This document shows, one piece after another, positions 1 through 12,136 of a DNA stretch of 64,000 nucleotides (position 1 is its first letter; every line of letters starts with the position of its first letter). The translations under genes and the position numbers were made by a program. The DNA is taken from contig JAYWIR010000087.1 in assembly GCA_036172245.1 (NCBI GenBank), forward strand, positions 186,001 through 250,000. Reading direction: 5' to 3'. Under the pieces are notes generated by a model. The model ran no database searches. It worked only from the letters and a program-made list of their open reading frames with translations, and was not told the DNA's origin. This stretch comes from Raillietiella orientalis. Taxonomy: Eukaryota.

Positions 1-1025
1 CGGGGCAGCAAACCATCCAGCTTTTCTCCTTGGCCAATATTGCCATGCGCCTGAGCAGTAGGCAGCATCTTCGAATCTTCCGGCCACGGCTCAGAAAAAA
101 AGACGCTAGTCCATCGCACCGGGACACACGGCTGGCAAGGAGGCGGGCCGGAGTGTACCAAGGGGTGTTCCACATCTTTGCTGCGATGGCAAGGGTTTGA
201 AACCGCAGCTGCTTCTCCACGCACTCCAGCTTCAGGAGTCCAATACCGCCGTCCCGACGCGGAGCGCACAAGTCCTTCAAAGAGACTTCGGGCGTCCCCT
301 TGCCCAAAGGGCGATGCGGAGGAGGTCCTTTGTCCTCTTCATGGATTCCACGGTGAAGGGGCAAACCAAAAGCAAAAGGCGGAGGATGGGGGCCGCAATG
401 ACGTTCCAAACCGCGGCCCGTTCCGGCAAGTGACACTTGCCTTCGAAGAACGCGCCGATCGCCGTCTCGACTTTCTGGAGGCAGCTGGACCACGCTTTCG
501 CAGGGGAGTAGTTCCTTAACGGGACACCAAGGTACTTGGAGCACTTCGTCGTGGGAATCCTTAGACGGACGCATTCCTGCTTCCCTGCCCACGACGCACC
601 TATTGGCACAACCGACGACTTCGTTCTGTTAACCTGGAGTCCGGTCCCGCTGCTCAGCAGATCGAAAAAATCTCCGACCGTCTTTGCCGGGGTGAACACT
701 GGCAAGGAGAGCAAAAGATCTTCCGCGTACGCTGCTACGGGGGGCGTGCCAGGGCACCAGCTCATCAAGGGGGTTAAAGTCACTCTGCACGCTATCAGCA
801 CTAAATCAAAGTAGGTACTGTAGAGCAGGGGGCTGAGGTTATCTCCTTGCTTTATGTCCCGCCGCACCGGCACCCCATACATCTTCTGACCGCTGAAGGA
901 GACGCTTATCATCGCATTCCGCCAGCAAGAGCGCGGGTAGGAAATCAGAGACGGTGGGAAGCTCATGCGACCAAGGAGCTTCAAGAGGAGTTCTTGATCA
1001 ACATAGTTGACCGCGTTATGCGCTC
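1..1025 (-). mobile_element. Copy S, alpha-family non-LTR retrotransposon: RT second half and thumb region; runs off the window start; host of J1
   Basis: ORF 277..984 has RRDIKQGDNLSPLL, YAEDLLL and KYLGVP. The degenerate 'HNAVNYVDQELL' (= HKAFDCVDQELL) reaches about 1020, where J1 begins. Confidence 0.85.
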
Positions 1026-2140
1026 GAGGGGGGACGTGTTCTGTAGGTGCTCCTTGTGCCAGGAAGTCTCCCCCAGTGCAAGCGTCGTGTGCTTCGGTGG
1101 TCGATCAGGCAGCGATGCCTGACGCGACCAGCAGGGATAGCAAGGGGGCAGCGGCAACCCCGCCCCCAGAGGCGATGGAGAACCAGGGGGCGGCGGCAAC
1201 GTCGTCCCCAGAGGCGATAAAGGTGGAAGCATCGGCCCTCACAGAATCGGTCCCCGCTGCAGCGCGGGCGTGAAGCGCCGTTGTGTCGACGCCATCGCCT
1301 GCATTGCGGCGGATTTGTAGGCCTATGTAGAGGAGAGGTACAACAGCTCACTGTTCTACAAGGTAGGCAATCTTAATTCTTTAGACAGCGCGCGCGCTTT
1401 TTTGAAGGGCATGCGCGCTCTCGATGTGAAACAGGAGGAGATCAGCGCTATGACCATCCGCAGCGGGCGTCAGTACGTTGAGGTCATCTGCAAACATGCA
1501 GAGCTGACCCAACGATTGCTTAAAACCCTTGTTGTGATGGGGACGCGTAGACTCCTCCTCACTTTGGCGGATTGCAGCATGGTGGTCCACTTGTAAGGTG
1601 TAACCGCGAAAATGCGCAAAGAACAGGTTCGCGATGCCCTGCAACAGTTCGGAACGGTCCACGCGCAGTTGACGAAAGTTACTCCACTCGAGGAGACCAC
1701 GGGGCTGCAGCACGACCTCACGGCTGCGCGCGTGATCGTTCGGAAGTGCTGCACCCTTCCCCACAAACTAGTGGTCCAAGGCGAAACCGTGCACCTCTGG
1801 AATTTGGGAAAGCCGAAATACTGCGGCTTCTGCAATACTTCGGGTCACCTCAAAAAGAGGTGTTGAAACGTGCAGTGCCAAGTATGCGGCAAAATGGGGC
1901 ACACGAAAAAGGTGTGCCGAAAAGCAGCAGTGCGGAAGGTTTCCAAAAGAAACCTTAAAAAACGCGCATGGCTTCTGCAGAAAAGGCTGGCGGCGAAAGC
2001 TGAAGCGTAGGCTGGGCCACTCGCGCCCAAGGCCCACGTCGCACCCGAGACCCCGGCGAACAGCGCCGTACAAGTCGAGGGAACTAGCCTAGGGAAAGAA
2101 CAGCAGGCAGGCGAGCAGATTAAAAAATGCAGCGTTCTCG
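1026..2140 (+). mobile_element. Copy J1, gamma family: 5' end and ORF1 (gag-like, two CCHC knuckles), frameshifted; cut off by D
   Basis: 5' motif GGACGTGTT at 1032. ORF1 starts at ATG 1115 (MPDATS), followed by CGFCNTSGHLKKRC and CQVCGKMGHTKKVC. Colinear with J at 49900-51031. Confidence 0.85.
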
Positions 2141-2171
2141 TTTATTACCCGGTTGCGCCGGGACGTTTATT
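2141..2171 (-). promoter_or_regulatory. Conserved 3'-terminal poly(A) signal plus CCCGG-N5-CCGGG hairpin (representative copy)
   Basis: Recognisable, with varying decay, at the ends of D, E, A, B, C, F, H, I, K, N, P and Q. Confidence 0.75.
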
Positions 2172-4578
2172 CTTGATATCAACTGAGAACTGTGTTCCCA
2201 AGCAAGAAGAGCAGAAAATGGGGAGTAGATTTCCCGGAACGCGGGCCAGGTACACTGAGATTTCGGAACGAGAGAGGGTGGGACCATAGATAAATAAATT
2301 GAGTAAGAGGGCGGGGATTGGGGTATACAGTCTAACCGTTCCTGTAATCAGAACCGGCGGTGAATGCCGCCGATCTCTGTCCTAACTTCTGCTCCCAGGT
2401 GTGGCCAACCTGCAGCCATTTGCAGGTTGCAGGCTGCGGTTTCGGGGACCAATGTTGAGACTGCTCGCATCTGCAATACGTAGCGGGCCCTGACAATGGT
2501 GCGGACGCAGCAGATGACTGCGACTACCGCTCCAAGAGAAAGACCGCCACGCCTGTAGAAGTGGCGCATCCGATCGAGTTCGGTGTGTCCCGGTGGAGAG
2601 GGGGGTTAAGACAGACGTTGCCACAGATTCTGGAGGGCACCGCACTCAAACAGCAAATGCGGAAGCGATTCCATCGCTCCGCAATAAGCGCAGTTCGGGA
2701 AAGCAACTCCCCCGGAAATCAGGTGCGCCCGCCTGTTGCAGTACAAACCTCAATGCAGCAGAAGAAAAGCGTCCTGCTTCCACCGAAGGAAAAAGAGCGT
2801 TCCGTCCAAACACGCAGAAGGGACCACAAGTTCATTGGTGGGCACCCCGAGGAGCTGAGTCCACCGGAGAAGCCCCTAGGCACGAAGGCGAGGTGTGGCA
2901 GCTTCTGCCACTTCGCAAGTCCGCCAGCCGCCTAGCAGTCGGGTTTCGGCTGCGATTTCGCAAGTGATCTCTTACTTCGCCGGCAGGTCTCTGTCATCTC
3001 GCACTATCAGTGCACACAGTGCTTCGGCGAGTGCCGTAGCGGCTTGGCGTGACCACTAGTCCTGGTCTTCCAGCACCTCCCCCACTGGTCAGTATGGGGA
3101 AAGTTTCACGCAACGGAGTTCCAAACGGGACACATCCTGTTGCGCTGCCCAGGACGATAAGGCTTCCTGCCTTCAGGCGTTAAAGTTCCAAGGCCGGAAG
3201 GAGATCCACTCATGCTTTCCCAGAAGCGTGGCAAGCTGCTTCAAAGGGAAGCCGAATCCTCGCTGGGCGCGAACCGTGCGCAGATGCAACCAACGTAGTC
3301 CGTCGCCACCCGTGCAGCGCCGCAGCAGTGGCCGCACTGGACCACACCAGGGAGTAGTCCAGAGCTGCACACATTGTGCCAGCATGCGGAACTGCACTAG
3401 CAGTCCTATCCGCTCCAGGGTCAGGATACCCATTCCTGCATCCCGCCGAGGAGCCGCCAAGTCTTTCAGGCGTATCCTGGACCTCGCCGGTCCCCACAGG
3501 GCGTTCCGCAACCGGCGTTGCGCCCGCCGCTTTGCCGAGTAGGGAGGGAAACCAACAAAAAAAAGATGACGAAGGAGGGGGGCAACCAAAATGTTCCACA
3601 CGAAGGCCCGTTCCGACAGGAGAAACCTGCCGCCATGGAACGGGCCCATAGCAGTGTCGGCCTTTTAAGGCATTCCGAACACGCTACTGCTGGACAGAAG
3701 GCGCCCAAGGCAACGCCGAGGTACTTCAAGCACCTGGCCGTGGGTATCCCCAGGCGGATCCAGTCGGAATGACACTCCCACGTAGAGCCAACCGATACAA
3801 CGGTTGATTTCGTCCGGTTGACGCTCAGGCCCACTCCCCGACGAATGAGCTCGAAGAAATCCTCGAGCCTGGACGTCGAAGTGCACATGGGCAGCGGCAG
3901 GAGAAGGTCGTTAGCATATGCGGCCATGGCCGGTGTTGTCGGGCAGGAGCTCGGCAGGTTGGCAAGCGTTAGCCTGTACTCCCTCAGCACCGACTCAAAG
4001 AAGATGCTGAAGAGCAGGGGGCTTAAGCTGTCTCCCTGCCTGATACCCAGCCGTATAAGAATGCCTTCCACGTGGCGCCCGCTGAAAGACATACAGGATA
4101 ACGCGTGGCGCCTGCAGGAGCGCGAGTAGGCGACGAGATGCGTCTGAGGCCAAGGCGTCCGAGAAGCTTTAGAAGGAGGTCCTGGTTTACGCTGTCGAAC
4201 GCTTTGCAGAGATCGACGGCGACCGCTAAGGCTCTTGGCGTTCCATCGTGCTTTGAACACCGCCGCTTACCTTTGGCAGCGGCTGCCTGGCTCTGCTGCG
4301 CCACGCTCTGCTGCTAGTCGAACCATGTTAGCGAGAAGAAGAGAATCGCGTCCATGGACCGCCCCGGAACAGCATACGTCTGCTCCTGATTTACCAAGGA
4401 CTCCGCGATTCTTCCCAAACGCGCGACTCATAGCTTGGAGACCAAGTTGATGTCCGAATTCACCAAGGTGATCGGACGCCAGTTGCTGAGGTGCCGCAAA
4501 TCACCGCCTTTTCGTAGGAGCCGCACCTTTGCTGAGCGGAAAGAAGCGGGAACATCTCCTGTCTCACGCATCAATGAG
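2141..4578 (-). mobile_element. Copy D (3' part), beta family: RT to C-terminal CCHC finger, 3' UTR and terminus
   Basis: LSNWRPITLVNSD, AVDLCKAFDSV, GIRQGDSLSPLLF, YANDLLL and KYLG. ORF ends at 2348. Terminus AATAAA-CGT-CCCGG-CGCAA-CCGGG-TAATAAA at 2171-2141. Confidence 0.88.
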
Positions 4579-4656
4579 GTTCTGCTGTGCTTGTGTGGTG
4601 TAGTGGAAGCAAGGAACAACATCAGCCGCAAGAAGAGAACGCCACTTTCTCCTGAG

Positions 4657-6684
4657 ATGGCTGCTTCGGCTGCTAGCAAGGAGCCTCTTTCCTCGCCGTC
4701 GGCGAGGACATTCGCCCAGGTCGCTGCCCTCGCGGCTACGATGGGTCCTTCGCCCGACAGCCCTGACCGCCAGGCGTATGTATCAAATGGCTACACGCCT
4801 GCACTCAGCTATAAGCTAAGTGTCTTTATGCCTGAGCGGGTTGGGCGTTAGTTTGACCAGGAACTCCAACGGATTGGAGTTCAAAAAGGCCATTTGGAGT
4901 CCATCATGCCCATGAGTGGGTGCGGCTACTGGGAGGTGTTCAGTAAGGACGCTCTTCTTACGCAGCGTTTGCTGTACACGCCGGTGCTTATTCGTGGGCA
5001 GCAAATACTTCCTGTCACAACGGAGCAGTGGTTCGTTGTCCGCCTCAGTGGAGTGTGTAAGGTTCTTTCGGACCGCCATGTCGTGAGAACCCTTGAAAAA
5101 TTCGTTACCGTCCACGCGCTTTCGCGGCTGCCAAACCCTGCAGAAGGGTTCGAAGACCACCACAGCAGGCTTGCGCAAATGCGATTCACGATGACGGATC
5201 GCCGTCAATGCCCACGCAACTACAGGTGGATGGAATGACCGTCCGCCTGTGGTTTGCCGGGGAAAGGCGCGTATGCGCGGAATGCAGGCAGGAGGGTCAC
5301 CGCATTACGAACTGTCTCTCAACCGCTTGCCGTTACTGCCACGAGCACGGGCACACTAAAGAACGTGCACGGAGAACCTTTTAAAAAACGAAAAGAGCAG
5401 GAACGAATCGCGTTCCGCATCGCGGAATAATCACCGCGAATCGAGAGAAAGAAACATCAAAGCTCCGAAAAGCGTTGCGAGAACCGCGACCACGCACGTG
5501 CAGAAAACTGTTTCTCGCCCCCACAAAGAAGGGGAGAAAAACACAAAAAAACTCGCCGCGGCAAAGCCTCCGGCTATCGACCCGAAGGAAGCTCGCGAAG
5601 AATGCGACCTTTCTACGAGACCTCGCAGGTGATGGTTGGATGCAGGAGACATTGTGTCGAAGGCCAAAAAGCCTCCTACTGTCGGCATCACGACCGCGAA
5701 GCCTCGTACCAAGGCCTCGACGAGCAGGGCGGAATTCGGTCGTTTGCCCGATTCGGGAAAAACGCGGCCGCGGACAAAGAAAACCGAGCCGTCTGAAGCT
5801 ACCGCGGCCAAGGTTCCCCAGGCACCGAGTGCCGCGAAGAAACAGCCGTCAAACCCGCAGTCCTCGCGCGCGGACGCAGCGCCAACTGCGATCAAGGAAG
5901 AAACTGCTAAGGCGAACACAACCGCTACAGAAGTGCCCCCTACGGTCGCAAAGGCAACGCGCGAACCCTCCGATCTGGAAGAGGCAGCGCCTCTCGCGAT
6001 CGCTAAAAGAGTTGCTTACGCCTGCGTGGTGGCAGAACTCCAAGAGGAAGCCAAGGCAACGCCTCTTACATCCGTTGAAGCAGCGCCATCTCAGAATGGC
6101 AAAGATAACTGCGACGCGAAGGAAGACGGCTGGGTGCAGGTGAGAAAGACCATTAGAAAGAAACCATCAAGGTCGTCGCAGCTATGTGTGAAGGTGAGTG
6201 GGCGAAAGAAACTCGCGAAACCTTCCCAGAAAAAGTTTGCGATTCTTTCCTCCTAGGCCCCGTCGTGCTCTCGAGGATGGAGCGGGAAACTGCTGCTGCG
6301 CCTTAAACGACTTAAGTCCCTGCCGCAGTTGCAGAAAGCGCTAGGAAACAGGCAGCGAATGATTTCTCTGATTCCGGAAAACCGCAGCAGCGGCTGGCAA
6401 GCCCTCGACTGTCGGATTCTGATCCAGAGTCGGTCAGAAAGAGCACACAGCGCGACAGCCGCTCGAAACCGCGCAATCGCCTCCCGAAGACCCGCAAGCG
6501 CGTGGTTGCCGAGGAGGAACTGTTGCTGGGGAGCAAAGAGGAGGAAAAGGACTTCACCACTGAGCAACCTGCAACAAGCAGTGCGGCTTTGAATTGAGAT
6601 GTCCAGTCTCCGAGATCGATCGCTCTGTCTCGTCACCACTCGCCGCACGAGGCGAGAAATCTGTACTCACCTTCCCAGCCTTAA
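4657..6684 (+). pseudogene. ORF1 (gag-like nucleic-acid-binding protein) of E, disrupted
   Basis: GYTPALSYK block, CxxC-GH-C knuckles at about 5270-5365, Lys/Ala/Pro-rich tail; ends 'PSQP*' at the TAATG. Confidence 0.75.
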
Positions 6685-9600
6685 TGCAGGAAGTCGCCTC
6701 TTTTCGTCGATTCAGCGTAGCCTGTTGGAACGTCAATGGGCTGCGCAGGGACGGAAAGAGGCGCGACGTGTCAGACAACCTGCGACATTGGGAATTGGCG
6801 ATCCTTCAGGAGATGCATGACATCTCCGATGCGGAGGTTGCCTAAATCGAACAGCACGCGGGTGGCACCCTGTACTGGCGAGAAGGTTCTGCACAATCGT
6901 GCGGAGTCGGTTTTCTCGTCAATAGTAGGATGGCGGTAGCGGAGCGCAGCGTTCGATTCTACCAGGAAGGGCGAATGGGCCAACTTGTACTCAAGTGGTC
7001 AGATTCAATCGACCTCGTCGTAACGAAGGTCTACGCGCCGAGCGGCTTTTATCGGCGTGTCGACCGAATCGAGTTCTTTGACGTGCTGGAGAGCGAATGG
7101 CTCAGAAACTCAGGAGCCAGAGTAACGCATCTCGTAGCAGGGGACTTCAACGTCCACCTGCTTTCCAACGAGACGCGGTCCCTGGCGGAACGGTCGCGGG
7201 TGGAAGAGGCATGCGCGTCGGTGCACGCGCGAAACTTGGAAGCTGGCGAGCCTCGACTGGAAAGGTTATTGGATCACCTCTACCTCTATGAACACCTACT
7301 CTCGCGAGTAAGAAGGAGAGACAGGGTGCCGTCCACGTAATGGGACTATGATACGCTGGAGTTCGAGCTACTTTGGCCGGGCAAGGGACCTCCAAACAAT
7401 GTTTGCAGGATGCCGGCGGATTGGCTGAGTCACCCGGAAGCGGCGCAGCATCTTCGATACTTCCTTCGCGGCTTTGCCATCGGGAAACTCGCCGACTGGG
7501 ACGATCTTAAAAGATCGGTTCGCGAGTTTTGCGACCGGTTCCCCCTGCACCTGCTACCACGCGGCTTCGGGAAAGGCGTCGCCAATAGCAGAGCATTTCT
7601 GCAGGCGCGCACCTTCTCGAGACGTGCGGAAGTTAAGCAACTCGCAGAGTACATGGCGAGGACGGAGCGCCAGGTCTAGCAGTCTGGAGCGGCTATTCTG
7701 CTCGACGACCAAGCCCGGGAATGCACGGCTCCTGCCGAAGTGCGGCGAGCTCTAAAACGTCACTTCTCCATGCTCAAGAGCGCGTTGCGGCGGATAGCCG
7801 AACAGCGGCAAGACCTTCAGCCGACTGCGTGCGCCAGTGCGGACGGACGGGAGAAAAGCCTGGAGCCTTGGCACTAGCAGTAGATTTGCACAAAGCATCC
7901 GACTGCGTAAACCAGTAACTCCTCTTGGAGCTCGTAGAGCGTCCTGGGCTCTTGAATCATCTTCTTCTGTACTTGCGCTCCTGCTGGCGCCATGCGATTA
8001 TCAACTTGTATTCCAGTGGCTCCCGCGTGTACGGAGTGGCCGCGAGCAGGGGCATCAGACACGGCGACAGCTTAAGTCCGTTGCTCTTCAGGATCTACTT
8101 TGAGTTGGTGCTAAAAGAGTACAGGCTGACGCTGGTCGTCCTGCCCAGCGCCTCTCCGTGCACTCCGTCCACGGCAGCATACGCCGACGACCTTTTGCTT
8201 CTGTTGCCCATGTCTACTCCTCCGGACCCGTTCCAAGACTTCTTCGAGCTGATCCGTCGTGGAGCGGGCTCGAGCGTTAACAAGGCGAAGTGCTCCGTCG
8301 TGCCAGTGGGTGCGTCGTATGAGGGACAGGCCGACTGCATCCGCCAGGGGATCCCCACGGCCAGGTACTTCAAGTACCTTGGCGTACCGTTGGGCCACTT
8401 CTGCTCGTTTGAATCGTGGTCGGTCTGTCTTCAAAAGGCAGTGATGTCTCTAGGCTTGTTCCTGGAAGGCAAGTTCGTCGTGCCGGAAGGATCGTACATA
8501 TGGAACACTTTCCTTGCCCCCCTCCTCCGCCCCTTATTTTTTGTTTCCCCGCCTCCCTATGTGGTTAAACTCCGGGCACAGCGTCTTGTACGTGAGGTCT
8601 TGTGGGGCTCTGTGCAATCCAGGGTTCGCCTCGTAGATTTGGTAACGCCACGCCAGGACGCAAGCCTGGGCATGCTGACCATCCAGAAGTTTGGACTGCA
8701 AGTGCAGTTCAAACTTCTATCCATATGTGGGAAATTCTGGTCTAGTTACTGGTGCGCTCCGGCTCGCCATATTCTCCAGCGATGTGTCAACAGTGCATGA
8801 TTGCTTTCGTTGCTGCCGCGCAACCTTCGCCGGAAAACTGGATATGGCTATCCAGTGAGGCATTCGTCCTCGTTGCTGTTAGCCCATTCCTGGATTTTCT
8901 GCCGCCCCTACAATTGGAATCCTTGGCAGCAGGAAGCTCTGGAGCACTGGGCGTTCACTTTGGATGTGCGCGCAGAGCAGCTGCGACCCGTGCAGAGCCG
9001 CTTACGCAAGCCGCTAGGAGTGATCGTAGAGGACTGGTCGCTTTGGTCCCGGATAGTCGTCTCACCCATCGCCGCAGCGCTGTCTGCTGTCTGCAAACAA
9101 CGACAGTAGCCAATCGGCAAGGAGGGAGATCTTCTGCAGCATTGCAGGAGTGAAAAGACTGCTGAGTGGCTGCAGAACGAGCGTGTTGGTAGACGCTGCC
9201 ACTCCTCGTTACCTGGCAAAGGGACTTGATCGCTGGAGTGAGGTTCTTGGATTAATCCCCGAAGCTCTCGTGGTCCCTTCCTTGTGTGTGGACAGCTCCG
9301 TGTTCCCGCTTCGATTAAAACAAAATGTTCTTTTTCTGCAGTGGGAATTCGAGTGCAATAAGCGCAGAAACTTGATTACAGGGGGAGTCGTCTCCCCGAA
9401 CTGCCTCAGGTGCGAGGCGATAGAATCGCTTACGCACCTGCTCCTTCAGTGCAGTGCCTTGCGTGAGTTATGGTGGAGACTTGCTTCGGTACTTCGGCCT
9501 CCTCAGGACACTGCCACAGACCTGCTTCGACGCTTTTTTAGCAAAGAGGGACTGGAGAAAGGCGCTGTTATCGCAACAATCTCTGGCATCCGCGCCATCG

Positions 9601-9746
9601 TGATCGCCCGCCGTAAGCTAGAAGGAAGGTCGCTGCGAACGGACGCCGCCAGAATCGCTGCGAACCTTTTGAAAGCAGCTGTGAGGTGGCCTCATCTGAC
9701 TAGAAAAGTCTTTAGGGAAGTCGCCACTGTCAAACACCGCTTCTAG
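6684..9746 (+). pseudogene. ORF2 (APE endonuclease, RT, CCHC finger) of E, with stops, frameshifts and a deletion of the early RT domains
   Basis: WNVNG, LQEMH, VYAP, AGDFN, LDH; YADDLLL and KYLG in ORF 7925..8800; CLRCEAIESLTHLLLQC in ORF 9150..9746. Confidence 0.88.
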
Positions 9747-10000
9747 AAAGATTAGGAACGTTTTCTACCCAACATCATCCACCCCACTCTGCACTGTTTT
9801 TTTGTTTGTTCTCTTATGTTTTGTTTCTTTCGTATCCCTCTCCTTCCGTTCCTTTCTTTTGGAAAGCAACCTGCGTGCCTGTGATCTTTCTGAACTGAAC
9901 TTTCTGTATGTGCGTTTCTTGTGTCTTAAAAGAATGAATTTGCCTTGAAAACTGTGGTTCGTTTTTGCAAATAAACTTCCCGGCAAAACCAAGTTCAAAA

Positions 10001-10221
10001 CGCATCAGCGAGAAAAGGCTTAGCACCAGGGGGACGTGCACCAGGGGGGCAGCTCGGAGAGACTGCGTTTCGTGGGCTACTCCGCGTACAACGAGGAGTA
10101 GTAGCGCTTGACTACACGCTGTACTTCGGCTGCAGCCGAGCATTCCTGGCCAGCGTCATCGAGCAGACAAGCCGCTCCAGACTGCCAAACCTGACGCTCG
10201 GCCCTGGCCTTATACTCCGCC
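10001..10221 (-). mobile_element. Copy D (upstream part): endonuclease-RT linker, internally deleted
   Basis: AEYKARAERQVWQSG ... RYYSSLYAE ... PLVLSLFSLMR, which continues into 4578. Confidence 0.75.
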
Positions 10222-10479
10222 AGACGCCGCATTCACTACTGTGCTGGGACGCCAGTTGTCTACCTTGCGATTGTCTCCTCCTTTCGGCAGGAGACGTACT
10301 TTAGCTGGCCGAAACGATTTGGGGACGTCCCCTTTTTCTCGAATCAGCATGCAAAGCCGATGCACCAGGGTGGCCAGCTCCTCCACGAAGCCTTGGTAGA
10401 ACTCCGCGGGCAGACCGTCTTCCCCTGGTGCTTTCCTCTTTCTGAGCTTTCCGATGGCGGAGACGATCTCCGCCATCGG
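10222..10479 (-). mobile_element. Delta-family RT N-terminal fragment, probably the downstream half of G
   Basis: KAPGEDGLPAEFYQGFVEELA ... GGDNRKVDNWRP matches Q at 62100-62350. The position fits G continuing beyond the deleted 5' end of F (inference). Confidence 0.65.
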
Positions 10480-11927
10480 ACGACAAAATCGCCGAAACCA
10501 ACGACGCTGCCTTCGAGAAGGCCGCCGAGATGCTTGCGGCAACGCTTGCCGAACGCGAGAACCCTTCGCGAAACGGGTTTCGTAGGCCGGCAGCGGCTAA
10601 AATGGCCCTCGCAGGTGAGTCGGACCTGGAGGCAGGAAGTGCATCCTACTCTGCGGTCGCACCACCAAGGAAAGCGTGGCGATAATTGCAGAAACCGCAG
10701 AGGTGCATTCCGCCTCCACGCGGGGGGGATCCAATGGAGGAGGAACCGGTGGATGACAGCGTGGGAGCACAATTTGGGCATCACCCACGTGCGGAATTGG
10801 ACAAGGAGGCGACTCCAATGGAGGAGGGTAACCAGGGGTCAGCAATGCCCTCTGAAACCGCCGAACCTGATCCACCCGCACTAATATATGTGGGCCAACA
10901 GGTACGAACAACATCTCCTTCGCATGGGCAGCCGGAAACTTCGGAACGTAAGAAGGATGGGGAGTTTGTGGACCAGACCCCAACCCCATCCAGCGACCCG
11001 CCCCAAAAGGTGGCGGGAGCACCACCGTCAGGTTCCCAGTAATAACACCTGGACTCGCCTGTCGCCGTCGGATCCGCGCGGCCTGTTGGAATGTTGACGG
11101 GCTGCGCGACGACGGAAACAGACGAGATACAGCCGCCAGCTTGCAAGATTTCGAACTGGTGCTTTTCCAGGAGGTCCACATGATCACGGCAAAGGACGCC
11201 CAGGAGAGCGAAACGATCGCGGGAGGGCGGTTGTACTCGCGATTCGGCGCACGCAACACTTGTGGGGTCGCGTTCTTCCTAAAGCCAGGCATTAACGCTG
11301 CCGTGAAGATCGTGCGCATTGGGGACGACGGACGGATCGGTCAACTGATTCTCAGATGGTCCGATTCGATCGACCGCATCGTCACCAATGTGTACGCTCC
11401 TAGCGGTAAACAGGGATACCAGCAGCGCAACGCGTAACTGGAAACCTTGAAGCGCGAATGGCTGGTGGACGCGGACTTGTGAAAGGCGCATCTCATAGCA
11501 GGGGATTTCAACGTCCGTCTGCTATCAGATCTTCCAGGAGCACAGGGAAACGCGATCAAGGAGTTGTGCACCGCCATGCGCGCGCGCAACTTGCTGACAG
11601 AAATAAGCGGGATGGTCAGGAGCGTGGACCACGTCTTCCTGGACGAAAACCTGTGCACACATGTCGGTAAACCAGGGACACTTGAATCGACGCTGGCGGA
11701 CCATTCCCGGTTATTATTCGAGATGCGCCCGCGCCACAAGGGACCGCCATAATGGGATTACCGTATGTCAGGGGACTGGACGCGCCTGTCAGGAGCGAAA
11801 GAACATCTTCGCGAATTCCTGCGAGGCGTCACCCTCCAGAGATTCGCGGATTGGAACCAATTTAAGGACTTGGACCGGGAGTTCTGCGTACAGTTCCCTG
11901 TGCAACGTCTGCCCCGGGGATTCGACG
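10480..11927 (+). mobile_element. Copy F (5' part), alpha family: ORF1 C-terminus and endonuclease, interrupted at LPRGFD by A and B
   Basis: DAAFEKAAEMLAATLAERENP, TAACA junction at 11043, FQEVH, NVYAP, GDFN, RSVDH, LADH; ends at QRLPRGFD. Confidence 0.85.
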
Positions 11928-12136
11928 TTGCCACCCGGGTACGCCCAATGCGTTTATTTATAAAAAACTCTACAATCGCGGTACTAGTCCCCGCTCACGT
12001 CCTTATGCATGGGATCTACCGGGAGACCGAGACGCAGCCTGGCGTGACACTCCCCGGCAGCGAAAGGTAATGAGGAAAAACAAAAATAAAAACAAAAACG
12101 CAAAGAAACAAATGAGGTTGGAGGGCAGGGAAGGGA

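Larger units (their letters stand above)
4579..10000 (+). mobile_element. Copy E, beta family: near full length, inserted antisense into D; internal deletion near 7770
   Basis: Flanked by the degenerate TSD cgcatcaatgag (4567-4578) / cgcatcagcgag (10001-10012). D's 'SLMR|ETGDVP' is restored when E is removed. ORF1, ORF2, T-rich 3' UTR and AATAAA at 9970. Confidence 0.9.
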